Positions 25,433 through 37,616 of a stretch of 64,000 nt of DNA are shown piece after piece. The stretch's first letter is position 1. The number at the start of each line of letters is the position of its first letter. Origin of the DNA: Podarcis bocagei (Eukaryota). Made by a program: the position numbers and the translations under genes. Below the pieces are notes generated by a model, which was not told the origin of the DNA, ran no database searches, and saw only the letters and a list, made by a program, of their open reading frames with translations. The stretch lies in NCBI GenBank assembly GCA_964188305.1, contig OZ076894.1; one strand, 5' to 3'.

Positions 25433-27750
25433 CTAACAAAATTATTGTGGAGAGAGAGAGATATCAGATTTTCAATCCCTGATTATTTAATTTAACTTTA
25501 TAGGCATTCACATCAGTTGGCCTGGATTCAGGTTTGAGCCACAAATATACTTTGGGGGGAAACCATAGTATGGTTATATCTTAGCTCATCTAAACATTCT
25601 TCTTCTTCTTTGGAAAATGGCAATATAGATGCAGAATCCATTCTTATCCTGAGCCCATGAGAGTCATCTGCACCTCCCCTTTCAAACTGGAAGCTGCCTG
25701 TGTGGCTCCTGCTGCATACACTCTGCAAGAAGCAGCTGGATTTGTTTCCATGGCTTGTGTTGCTGGATTGGGACTGTGGGCCCAACCACACTTTCATTTG
25801 TCCCACAATCTCAAGTGATTTCAAGCCACGGGTTCGAGAGGGTTCCTCCCCCATTTTCCCTGGGAATACCCACTCCTTACTGCTTAATCAGAGCACACAT
25901 CAATCTACAGAAAACCAGACTGATGTTTGCTCCCATTCAGCACTAAATACTGGGTTTTCCCGGGGAAAGCGGTGGTACAAAAAACCCAACAACCTCTCTC
26001 AGACCCATGACTTGGAAATGCTTAAAATCACAAGACAAACGGAAGTGAGGATAGGTGTGCAGACTCAACAGAAAAGCAACACTGTTGGCTTTTACAGCAG
26101 AAGTGTCAATGGGCAAAGTACCAATTTCCTTCCTTGCTCATTCATCTAACAGGTAATCTGCACTGTCAAAACTCACAGCCACGTGCATGCATGGACTTTT
26201 ACAGTATCTGCAGGTATGATTGTTAGCTGACATGATAAATGATCTAGGGTCTAGAGCCAGAATAACTTATTTCCTCCTCTCAACTTAATCTTCATAAGCA
26301 ACGCACCCTTTCTAGACAAAATCCCTTTGCTGTGAGATGAGGCCAACAACTTTGTAAATATTCAAAGTCAAAATCTCACACATTATTCTTTAAATATCTT
26401 ACATGGTTGGTTCCTGATGGGTGCAAGATGGTAAGATTCTGACTTGCTTCAGGTCTACACATGACTGGGAACCATGCAAATTCAGGAAAACGTTCCCATA
26501 CCTGTCCTGCCCCTATTACGGCAAAACAAGCTACTAGGAACAAGACTTTACGATAATTTTGACTGCTGGAGATAAAACTCAGAAAATAACTGTTTTAGAA
26601 GGCAGGGAATGAATCTAGTCCTCCTTTTATTCAGCACATAATGTCAGGAGTTGAAGGATCTTTTTTTATGGGAAGTGCCAAACTAGTACTCTTGCAGTGT
26701 AATTGGAATCTGTCTACACCATTGCTGCAGAGCAGAAGGATAATAATACAATAATGAGGAAAGAGGCATTCTGCCACCCATTCCTCTTGCACCACATCTT
26801 AGTTGCAGATGTACTACTAAGAAGTTAAATTATGCAAACAATACCCACAAGTACTTTTGAAACACTGTTCTTAGGGTGCTGGGAGTGCTAGGATAAGTAT
26901 TTGAGCTGAATGACCACTGGATCTACTCATCAAAGTGGGGAAGGGGGAAAAGGTATTTGTGGACAACAATTTATACAGTAGTTATCAACATAAAATGGGT
27001 ACAACAAGTAGTTTTAGTTTTGTGAAACTTGAAAAGTGAAAGTTGGCAGTAAAAAGCACATGGCAAGCAGGCCTAGGTCCTGCATTAATCCATTTGGTCT
27101 GAGAACTCCTAAATTACCAGAAGAGATGACAAAACAGTGGGAAATAAGAAACACTATTTTTCATTTAATATGCAAATGAATACACTGCCACAAACAGCAA
27201 GTGGGAGTGATAGCACATTATTTTTCATACCGGTAGACAATGGCTTGGAAAGATTCCCTTCACAAAGATGATCATCTGAGGTGTTATCATGCAAGTAACA
27301 ATCCCTACCAGGCACTCTAGATAAAGTTGCCATCTGGCATAATATCACCTTTAATATTCAATACATTACTAGTTTATAAATGGTTGCTGTGGGAACTGTC
27401 TAGTCACATATAGAAACATCAAAATTGTGTATTCCTTCCTGCAATTCCTTTGTTCTGAATCTCTTAAGAGGGCTGTAATATTCTGCAAGGACAAAGGACA
27501 GGGCCCACTATGAGGAGTGTTGACCATTCCTAGCCAAATGCCAGTTAATGATCCCAGGAGATAAAGTCCATCGTTATTACTGAAGCAATGGCCTTGACAG
27601 ATGTATTTTGGAATATATTTTACACAACTCTATTTGCTTTTGTTCTCACTGAGATGGAATGAACTAGAATATGCATGGCAAAAACTATTTTGCCTTGGTG
27701 GCCTATATTCTTCATCATATTCAGCACACACTGCTGTCAGCTAGATAGCA

Positions 27751-27976
27751 TACAAGTAACTCGCAATTTACACACATTTAACTTGTGCACGTTCAGCTTT
27801 ACGCACTTGGCAATTAAAAAAAAAAATTAAGGGGGAGGAAAGGGTGTGAGTAGCCAGTGAAAAAAACACTTTGGCAATACCACCTACTACTGAATGCCAA
27901 GAGTTTTGACTCTACACGATTTTGACTTCACGTGCTATTCCTGGAACATAACTCCTGTGCAAATTGACTGTCACTG
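27751..27976. mobile_element. Old Tigger-like MITE remnant
   Basis: Degenerate inverted ends and the internal GGAACATAAC motif typical of these MITEs. Confidence 0.45.
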
Positions 27977-28086
27977 GTAATTAATTCCAAGGTGTTGCGT
28001 ACAATGCCATTTGCTAACCAGGTAGATTATGAGCAAACAGAAATTCCTGTCAAGTGTAAATCACTAAAAAAAATACCTTTATTTAC

Positions 28087-29698
28087 CTGTGATATAATCT
28101 TTCACATCATGTATTCTGCTGGCTGGGTTGTTATTTCGGAACATGTATAGATTAAAAGGAGCTGGATCCTTCCCTATTTTTTTCCAGATTTCAATGTCGG
28201 GTGTAGTCCAACGGCCTGCCAGTATGTCATAATCTCTTTGCCCAAAGTGAATCAGTTTGGTCAAAGGGTCATAAAGGCCTCCATGGAATCCAATCACCAA
28301 CTGGAAGTCAAGATTGGAGTCAAAATAGATTTCGCCGTAAGCTGTGTACTGGATCTGCTTCAACATCAGACCATTGCTGCTAAAAACAGCGAGGGGCGTG
28401 CCCGTGTTGTCCGAAGCAATGTAGAACTCATCTCCACTGCTGATCTCCATGGCAAAGAGGTGTCCTTGCAAGTCATAGTAGAGAGAGGTGATTTCAGAAC
28501 TTGAATGGTTGTATACATGAGTTATCCTTGTAGGATATGTGAGGTCAGCATAAAAAAACTGGAGGTGTTGTCCCAGACTGGTTTTACTGGAAACTCGTCT
28601 CCCAAGCCCATCATAACGGTATATCACTGTCCACCCACTGCCTTTGCTATAAACTCTGGTCAGCAGGCCCTTTGAGCTGTATTCAAATATCTCTGTACCC
28701 CTCTGCCGCAGGAATCCATCCTCATCTAAACGGTACTGTACATCACCTAGCCGGGTGATTCTGTCTCTCAAGTCATACCGAAGTGGTGTTAAACGAGCAC
28801 TATTACTTGGATTGAGCAGATGGAGATTGCCGTTCAGGTCATAGTTGTATCGCCACATTATTTTTTCGTTCAGGTAAACTGTCTGTAGTTGCCCATCGAC
28901 ATCATATTCATACGCATACTTGGTTGTGTTAGCAAATGGCCCTATTTTAATTTCTCTTTTAGTTACCCGTCCCATGTTATCATACTGAATTGTAATCCAG
29001 TACATAAGGGATCTGAATATTTCATACTGAATTTCTTTTATGCGGCCGTGGGCATCAAAGTGTTTTGTGTAAGTCATTACAGCTGTGGAAATTATCTGGT
29101 TAATGTCATAATATATAACCCCAAATTTTCCAAACTGCTCAACTTTTCCAGAGATGTCATCAAACTGGTAAAGATCAATAGGCAATGGAGTTTCATTGAT
29201 TACACCTTGCATGCTAGTCACTCTGAAGCTATTGTCATAGCTGTAGTCAAATCGGGCATTTACCATTCCATCTTCACTAAAGCGGAAAATCTGCCTGTCA
29301 ATCAATGGGCCAATTTGCCTGTACCTAATGGTGCAGATAAACCCATCGCTCTGGAGGTTTACTGTTTTCAGAACTCCTGCTGTCTCATCATAAGTAAAAC
29401 TGACTCTTGTGCTATCATAGAGGATTTCAGAGAGCCTGGTCTGCCTTCTGTATTTGAAAAGGACTCTTCGACTTGTACCCAAGAAAGCAGTTTGTAGCAG
29501 CTGCCCTTCCTCATTGTAGTCCATGATGACAGAAGCATTGCTTTCAGGGGGATTGTAGATGTTTCGATAATAGCCAATGGAACGGATAGTCTGCATAGTA
29601 TGGCGAGCAACACTAGGCATGGTTATTGCAGAAAGCCGATCGAGTAAGTCATATTCAAAGATGTACTGCCGTTGACTATGCAGCAAGAGGACCATAGA
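28087..29698 (-). CDS. TENM3: Teneurin-3 large exon ([12 protein letters not shown]...VKDYITD; YD repeats and RHS-associated core)
   Basis: 538-aa ORF with many YD motifs and RHS core (GRWTTPD...[11 protein letters not shown]); acceptor ccttttcag|TCT, donor G|gtaaat; 1612 nt. Confidence 0.98.
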
Positions 29699-31580
29699 CT
29701 GAAAAGGAAAGGAAAAGGAAGTTTAATCCAATGCCAAAACCACTGTATGATAACAGCACTTTGTTTGAGTAAATCATCATCTTCTAAATTGAGTTATCCT
29801 TGACCTTACATATTGGTAATTATTCTCTGCCTAATTCATTTGGATACTTAATTGTAAGGGGTTTGGTAATTAGTAGCTTCCAGACTCTTAATGTGCTACT
29901 TGTTGTGACTGAGCCATTCTTTTATCAGGCACTCACAGCCAAACAGCAGATTGTCAATGGATTTGGATAAGTCATGTTTAATACTGGCAAAAGTGAAACT
30001 GTCTTAAAGCCAATAACTCAGGAAGGGAACAACATATGGAAGAGACAATTTCACTCCTGTAATTAGAGATAATTTAGCGAGAAGTTTACTAGCCTGAAGA
30101 TCCCTGAACCTCCTCTTCCACATCTATTTGTCAGATGGGCAAAGCAATTTATTCTCGTTATTTACATCAAACTTTGTAGAGTTAATCAGTCACCAAATGA
30201 CTTTTTTTTGGTAAAAGCTTCAGTGGTGTTGCTAGTTTACATTACTCACATGAAAATGTATGAAACAGTCATAATATGTCCCTGGCTTTTCTTATCTAAG
30301 GCAAAGCCTGCTCTGGCCCCCTGAAAGTGATGTCACCTTAAAAGATAATAGAAGGCAACACAATTGGATGCTTTCATTACTTCTTGATTAATTCCATAAG
30401 ACTGAACATATGAAGCCCTCAATTTTAAGACATAACATATTTAGAAGCACTTACATTATGCTCTGCTCAGTACTGTGCTATGCTAGCAAAGTGTGGGATT
30501 GAGTTTCCAGTGCACATATAAAGGAGTACCTTATCCCTTCTTTTGGCACAGGAAATTGCACTCTCTGCCAGGCGGCAGAAGTTACTGGCACTGCTGCACC
30601 AATGCTGGGGAAATGCCCTTATACCGCAGACACAGACACAGCACATGTGTGAGAGTTCAGATTTAAAGAAAATGTGGTACAGTTTATCTTGCTAGTTCAT
30701 CTGTAAAATTTACAGTGTGGATGCAAGCAGGCTACCAGTGACATTTGGCAGGTAGTGACTAGAGGTAAAAGTCTTTTCTGCAATGGTGACCTGGCTTTGG
30801 AGGTCTCAGTAGAGCTTTGCTTGACACAAAGTCTACTGTCCTTTTGGTACCAGGTGAAAACCTTTACGCTCTCCACACCTTTTAGATTTCCTTTTGCAAA
30901 TTGGATTTTATCTTGTTACTCTGCTGCTGTGTCTTTTTTTCCTTACTGTTGCAAATTTTAAATTGGGTTGTAACCAATAGCTCTTCTTTCGCTGATAGAA
31001 AGCTCTTTCATTCAGCATAGCTTTCTGTCATCAGAACAGGGACTGGGGTGGTCTCTAGTGATTCTCCTTCCCCTTGGAAGCCCCATGCAGCACCTGCCAT
31101 GCTGTTCCTTCTAACCGCCCAGAGTTTATTTTGGAGGGGGCTGCAGAAGGGTAGGAGAATAGCTGAAAACACCAAATGCATACAAGCAATAGTTTTTATC
31201 TGTGCTGAAAGCTGCTTTTCAAAATTAAAAATGGATAAAATTTGGCATGATTCTGAGAAAAACAACTGTAATTAAACTTTTTCAGGTCACTGGGATGCAA
31301 TCACTCAAGTAATCTTTAATTCTGATCTATTTCGATGGCATCATTAACTTTCACTGGATTGCACCAATTGGCAGCAAACCAACAAATGTAAGAAGTGCAC
31401 CTTATTTTAGGAACTGTATAGATCCATATGCTTATTCTTCAGGTATGGATATTTGTAGCTCCACAGTCTAAAACTAAAAACCTTGTACTGCAGTGTATGG
31501 CTTGTGACCATTTTCTGCAGTAATAACTCACTAATTTAACTGCAAGACACACACATTCCTACGATAGGATAGCACTTTAC

Positions 31581-31877
31581 CTTTTCAAGATATGTGTAAC
31601 TCCACGTTTTGCCATCAGCAAATACTCTAGATACAATTCTTCCCTGTCCATCATAATCTACTTTTTCACTAGTAGTTCCTCGCTGGATACTGCCAATTTG
31701 ACCTGTAGATGAATAGGTAACATTGACAGCCATAAGCTTGCTGCTTGGGAGCCAGAGAGTTGGATGTCCTGATGTGTCATAGGCAATCCTCAACAGAAAT
31801 TTACGATGGTCATCGTAGATCTTCTCTGTCTTTGAGGTCCGATCAAAGTCAACAGAAAGGAGGTTCCTACCATTAAC
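31581..31877 (-). CDS. TENM3: Teneurin-3 exon ([13 protein letters not shown]...YTYLEK; YD repeats)
   Basis: Acceptor cataaaag|GTT, donor AAG|gtaaag; 297 nt, phase 0 to phase 0. Confidence 0.95.
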
Positions 31878-33715
31878 CTTTTATGAAACAAACAAGATGA
31901 CAAAATAAATCATGTTGTTTCACCACAGGCTGTTTTACTTCCTCATAGCAACAGCTATTTGAACATCATTATTTAAACACCCTTTGCAATGACTGATTTC
32001 CTTTGTCAGTAAATTAATTTAGAAACTTCTTGGTATAAGTACCCGGCATTAGATTAACTGCCATTTAAAAAGGTTTCATTAAATAAAGATGTATTGGCAT
32101 TTATTCAAACCTTTCCAGTTAATTCCCATGGAATTTAGTTAAATGTTAATATAATAAACAATACATACATTGATATACTTTATAATAGTTAGATTTATGA
32201 GGGATATTAGGAGAGATACAGCAAAATTATCAGTGTAGAATTAATACAGAAAAAGAAAACAAAGGCCAACTCATATACTGATGAATTATAAATAATTATA
32301 TTTCAATTTAATTGTTAGGGCTACACAATATTATTTTACATGGCCCCAAAATTATTTTATATTAAAGCGTCTTTAGTGTTAATAATTATTACATAAACCA
32401 TGATTTATGTACACAGGATTGTACATATTACACGATTGCCCTCCATATGTAAGTTCTGAAAGAATTATTTCTGGTGGGCTGACGGAACTGCATTGCTTGC
32501 AATCAGAAAGACTCAAACCATATATGAACCTGCCATTAGAACAAGGCTAGTTAGTGGCATTCTTAAACAACAGTCTCCATCAAAAAACCCCATACAATCT
32601 GTTTATTAATGATTAGTAAATTCTGTTAAATCAATAATGAAATTGACAGCATTATATCCACTGAACTTCTGTTAGTGGACCACTGACCCTCTCTCAAAAG
32701 CTCCACATATTAAAGAGAAATGACAGTGAAAACTTATGCTTTAACTGTAAACCAAAAATGTGCTACAAGGCTACCACCACAAGGTGTGGCAATAGCTACT
32801 AAGGGGATCAGGTTGTGGGCTGAACTAAACATGTTATTACCAAGTGTGTGTTTTAGTAAGATTGCAGGGCTGGGGGAGGTGAGACCGAAGCCCTCATTCT
32901 CCAGCTGCAATTTTCATGAAATTCACTTCCCCCTGCCTAACAATCAGCATTGGGCAAAAAGTTCCCATTGATGTCAATGGAATCCCTCCCTGCCCCCATG
33001 CTAATTGCCAGCAGATATTCTAGAACAGATCAGATTTATTTATTTGTATATCTAGTCATCACACCATCACAAAATATTATAAAAGTAACTATCAATAAAT
33101 ATTAACTCAGACTCAAATAAAGCCATCTATAACATTAACTTTAAATGCTGAATTTTACTGATGGGTAACAAATGCCTCTTTATAAATACTGACACTCTTT
33201 CAAGAAATGTTATATCAAAATGGTATGATATGACTTTATTCAAAATTATTTAAAACATAAATAAAAGTATAAAACATAACTTAGCTTCTGAATCTCCCTG
33301 AAGAACTCTCTCTCAAGAACTGCACATTTGCATCAAAATGTGCAGTCTTCACAGTTACTATTATTATTTATTCAATTTATATCCACACTTCCTCCCAAAG
33401 GAACTCCGGGTGGCAGGTTGTCTATTTATGTTGTCAACCCAGCAGATAAATTAAAGACGGATGGTCAAACCTCTCTGCATTTCTCCCTAAAATTTGTCCC
33501 AGTTTTCGTCTACTCAACGTATTATAAAAAGGACAATCTGTAATAATATGTACAAGGTCTTCAACCTTTAGACCACAAGGGCAGGTCCATTCAGAATGCA
33601 GTATAGAGCATTTCTGAATCTCCCTTCTAAGACAGCCGAGGGCAACAGATTTAACTACATGTTTGTGAAGTATGTCTCAGTTTTTGCAAATCCTTAAAAT
33701 AATATGGTAGCAGGA

Positions 33716-33850
33716 AAACAAGAAGCTACCTTATATTGAATCAGACAATTGGTCCATCTAGCTCAGTATTATCTCTGCAGACTGGCACCTTTCTCAGCCC
33801 TACCTGGAAATGCCCGACCTGGGACCTTCTGCACACAATTACTGAAGTAT
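33716..33850 (-). mobile_element. Squam3-like SINE fragment
   Basis: Reverse-complement match to the 24031 element (TTGGTCCATCTAGCTCAGTATT...GGGACCTTCTGCA). Confidence 0.72.
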
Positions 33851-34049
33851 CCCCCCTCGCCATGGGATTTCACAAATATTTTGGCTGGGAATGGAAGGCT
33901 TAAACTGCCTCTCCTTATGCACTGCAATCTTGACAATACCCCCTAACCCACAACACCTGGTATTTTTTTTTAATTAAAAAAACCTTCTTGATCACATAAT
34001 CATCATCACTGGCAACCAGGCCTATGGTCATGGAGGAGAAATCTGTCCG

Positions 34050-34255
34050 AAGCTACCAGTCATGATGGCTATATGGTACTGCCAGGTTTAGGAGGCATAT
34101 ACTTCTGAATGCCCATTGTGGAAGAATAGCAGCAGGAGAGGCTTTTGTGCTCATGTCCTGCTTATGGGCTTCCCATAGGTATCTGGCTGGCCCTGTGGAA
34201 GTCAAGATGCTGGGCTGGAGAAGCCCTTTGGTCTGATCCAGCAAGGCTCTTACGT
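34050..34255 (+). mobile_element. CR1-type LINE 3' end fragment
   Basis: GATGCTGGGCTGGAG...CCCTTTGGTCTGATCCAGCAAGGCTCTT terminus typical of squamate CR1 tails; related fragment at ~47660-47780. Confidence 0.65.
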
Positions 34256-35639
34256 TTCAGTAAAGAAAGTTATATGAAGGTCAATTGGGAACCATGCAGA
34301 GAAGAGGCATTCATATAACTTCCTTTCATGAAAGGGTAGAAGATGGCTCTTGCATGCTTTTTTGTTTTACTCTTTCATAATTTTTATTTTTTTATCCTTG
34401 CTTAGATATATTACCTCCTGTTTGAGCTTTGCTTGGTCTCCCCCCCAAAAAAAACCCCCTGTGAAAATGAAGCCCTTTATAGAGCACTGAGAAAACAGGA
34501 ATATAATTCTCTTTTGAGAAATGGATTAGTGATGTTTCTGTTTCATCAATTTGGGGATTTATCAGAAGACTTTACTATCTTTAAGCCAGGAGATTTACAT
34601 TGTTAGATAGCCAGAAGCCTTTGGCAGAAATAATCCATAAATAAAGTATTATCCCATTTCTGAATTGGTTATATTGAGCAACACAAAACTATCAAAGGGC
34701 TCAAAGTTTTCCAGCTATTCAAGGTGCTTTAAAACAGGGAAGACACTTTTGACAAGGATGGTAGGTTTCCATCCTCTTGTTCGTTGAGTGCCAACAGGTA
34801 ATTTCAATCCTACGCTTAACTCTCCTTACTGGCCCTTCTCTTCCATAATCCTTTGGTTAAAGTACTTCAAAGAAGAGTAGAGAATAATGAAACAGAGCCC
34901 TGCAATTAGTCTTGTTTAGAGCAATGGTCTGTTGTTTTTAAAACCATCCTGCTTCCTTAAAAAAAGGGTTTTACACATTTTCATAGTTCTTGGGTAGCCT
35001 AGAAATGTATGTTTCTGTAGACATATATGGTTGTTGTACTTGATGAAGCAGTACTACATGCAACACTCCTTCAGAAGTTAAGTGCTATAGGCTACTTTCT
35101 AGCCTTTTCTTCTAAAATTAGGCATCACAGCACTCTATTTTTTTTAAAGAAAGCCAAGTCAAATGTAAAATATCAGTGCAATTCTTCAGTGTTGAAACAA
35201 TTAAAGATATTGCTATGTGGAGAAGAGAATACGTTTGTGTTTCCGGTATAATAGTGATTCATCGTCAGCAAAGCTAACTGAAGACACAAAGTCCCATGGA
35301 CAAGTTTTTGAAATACATATATTCACAAACAATCAAAAGGTCTTGTGGCATATTCAAGACTAACAAATGCATTCTGATATAAGCTTTCATTGACTTTCAT
35401 GTCAGATGCTAGACTTGAGTCCACAAAAGCTTATGCCATAATAAATGCATTAGTCTTTAAGATGCCACAAGACTCCTGTTTTTACTGCACTCAAAGAAAT
35501 GCATACGGCAGAGAGTTAACTCTTTATTGTCAAAGAGAACACAGTCGCTTTGACAGCTCTGGAAACCTAAGTACACCCATCTAGCATCTAGACAGGTATT
35601 CCCAGGTCTGCACTCTGTGGAGCAGTTTCAGCAACTGGG

Positions 35640-36047
35640 TGTTAGGATTTCACCCCTCCCTACACTGCAGATATAGGATTGTTGGATCACATGTCTGTAT
35701 GTAATGCATTTCAGCTGCTGATTGTTAGAGCTATATAAGCGTAAAGGGAGATACGCTGTTTGCTCCCTTCCTCCCACTGTTCTCCCACAGTGATGTTTTG
35801 TTTCAGCATTCTCTCCGAGGAAGAGAGAGAAAGAGGAGCCATGTTTACTTTGTACTGTTATGTTTGATTTTGTTGCAATAAATAAGGATTAGATGTTACA
35901 CCTCAAGGCTAACACTTCTATTTTGGACTCTACTAGTTGTGTGCTCATGTCCCAGGAGGATATGGGTTGCAACAGCGTGACAGGAGACCGGAGTGAAGAA
36001 TCCCAGGCGGTGCTGCATTGGAGAAAGGCACAAGGCCTCTCCCAACA
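35640..36047 (+). mobile_element. Solo LTR (408 bp)
   Basis: TGTTAGGA...TCCCAACA termini; 5-bp TSD ctggg (35635-35639, 36048-36052); TATATAA at 35732 and AATAAA at 35877. Confidence 0.75.
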
Positions 36048-36543
36048 CTGGGGACCACTCCCCTGACAGGCTGTGCGAACACAGCCAGAAAAAAACGCCT
36101 GTACGGAAGCTGCTTCTACTCTTCCCACCTTAATTCTCTCTTGGTTCTGGGAGATAGTGGTGCAGGGAAAGGTGGGGAAGCACCTGGCCCTTCAATTGCC
36201 TGGCCTGCCTCTTCTGCATCTTCCTCCAGCTCTGAAGCTTCCCCTCCCTCTGATTTTTGCCTCCTGGCCCCACAGACCACTGCCCACCTCTCCTGAGTCA
36301 GATTCAAGCCCCCCGGGTACACACTTGTCAGTGTCCTACCAGTCCCTGACAGAGGATATTCCACCTCAAAATGTTCTCACCTCAAAATTTGTCCCTAAAC
36401 TATAACCACTAATGGCCCTTTCCTTTTATCTGAACTGTTATCAGAAAACAAAGGAGAGCATGCACATTTCAGGCACTGCAACTTTGTAGCATATCCTCCA
36501 CAATACCACCTTAAATTAAAAATGCATTAGAGGTATTACTCAC

Positions 36544-36779
36544 TCTGAGCTTTCGGCCAAACACATTGACTTTGCCTTGGGCTTGTTCTTTTCGGAACCT
36601 CCACTCCACCAAATTCTGTCCATTTTCTCCAGGGAGAGTCATATTTCTTTTTGCTACAGTTGGATTGGCTGTGCCAGCTAAAACATGTGGTTCTGTCTGG
36701 TAGTGTGTATCCAGGCCACTGGCATAGATAATTCTGAGAGACCCATCATAGCCAATCTGGTAGCTGTTTCTTAACTGAT
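36544..36779 (-). CDS. TENM3: Teneurin-3 exon ([13 protein letters not shown]...FGRKLR; YD shell)
   Basis: Acceptor catttcag|AT, donor AGA|gtgagt; 236 nt, phase 1 to phase 0. Confidence 0.95.
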
Positions 36780-37440
36780 CTGAAATGGAACAAAAGTATA
36801 GCATACTTCCAGAGCTGTGACTTCTCATTTAAAGGGAGCCATAATGGAGAACAAACCACAGCTTGTAGATTTTTTCACCCTGTTAAAATTTATTCTAATT
36901 CTTTAGTTTGTATACAACCTTTTAACTTCACTATTTGACAGATGTATCTGCTTGATTCACATCACCATGGATATTGCAAAAAGCACAGTTGTGTTCCCCC
37001 GCATTCACTTCTGTAGAGGAATTTCTGCATGCATAGGAGCTTCATATAATTTGTTTATAAATTATATAAACAACCACAATTCAATAGCATAACTTCAGTT
37101 TCAACAACAGCTAACGAGCAGTAGCTTCAAATTAACCAGCATTTAAAAACAGTTTCTAACCCAACATAAAAATAGGTAACAGAATAATTTTAATGCTTCA
37201 TTTGCTGTTAGCTTCAGATACAAATAATAATATTTGGGCTAGTTATATAACAAAGGTTAATCACACATCCCAAATATAGTCAACCCATCTTTCAAACTGT
37301 ATGCTTAAGAATGAGATGTAATATTTCACCTTGCAGATCTCCAATGCTAATCCTTAACTATAATATCCTGACCATAACTGGCTTTGTTTCATTTTCTTCC
37401 TCTGAGAAAAAGGGGCTTTTGTTAAATCCTGTTACTGTAC

Positions 37441-37616
37441 CTTGTACCATTGTATAGAAAGAATCAATTGATGATAGGTTTGAAGTAATGCTGACATCTT
37501 CCTCTCTGCTAGAAGATTCAATGTCGACTGTAATGGCCTTTTCCATCTCCCCATGCAGGTTGGTGACCACTCCAGTTGGAAATGTGACATTGGTTAATCG
37601 CCCCTCACTGTCGTAG
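37441..37616 (-). CDS. TENM3: Teneurin-3 exon ([16 protein letters not shown]...YTMVQD; YD repeats)
   Basis: Acceptor ctgctttag|CTAC, donor G|gtacag; 176 nt, phase 2 to phase 1. Confidence 0.95.

Noticed and set aside
28889-29497. 202-aa plus-strand ORF (also 28238-28504, 54599-54796, 61491-61673)
   Set aside because: Antisense shadows of TENM3 coding exons, with no recognisable protein features.
28087-29698. Possible bacterial Rhs/YD toxin contamination or recent horizontal transfer
   Set aside because: Embedded in a canonical spliced vertebrate TENM3 gene with in-phase exons.
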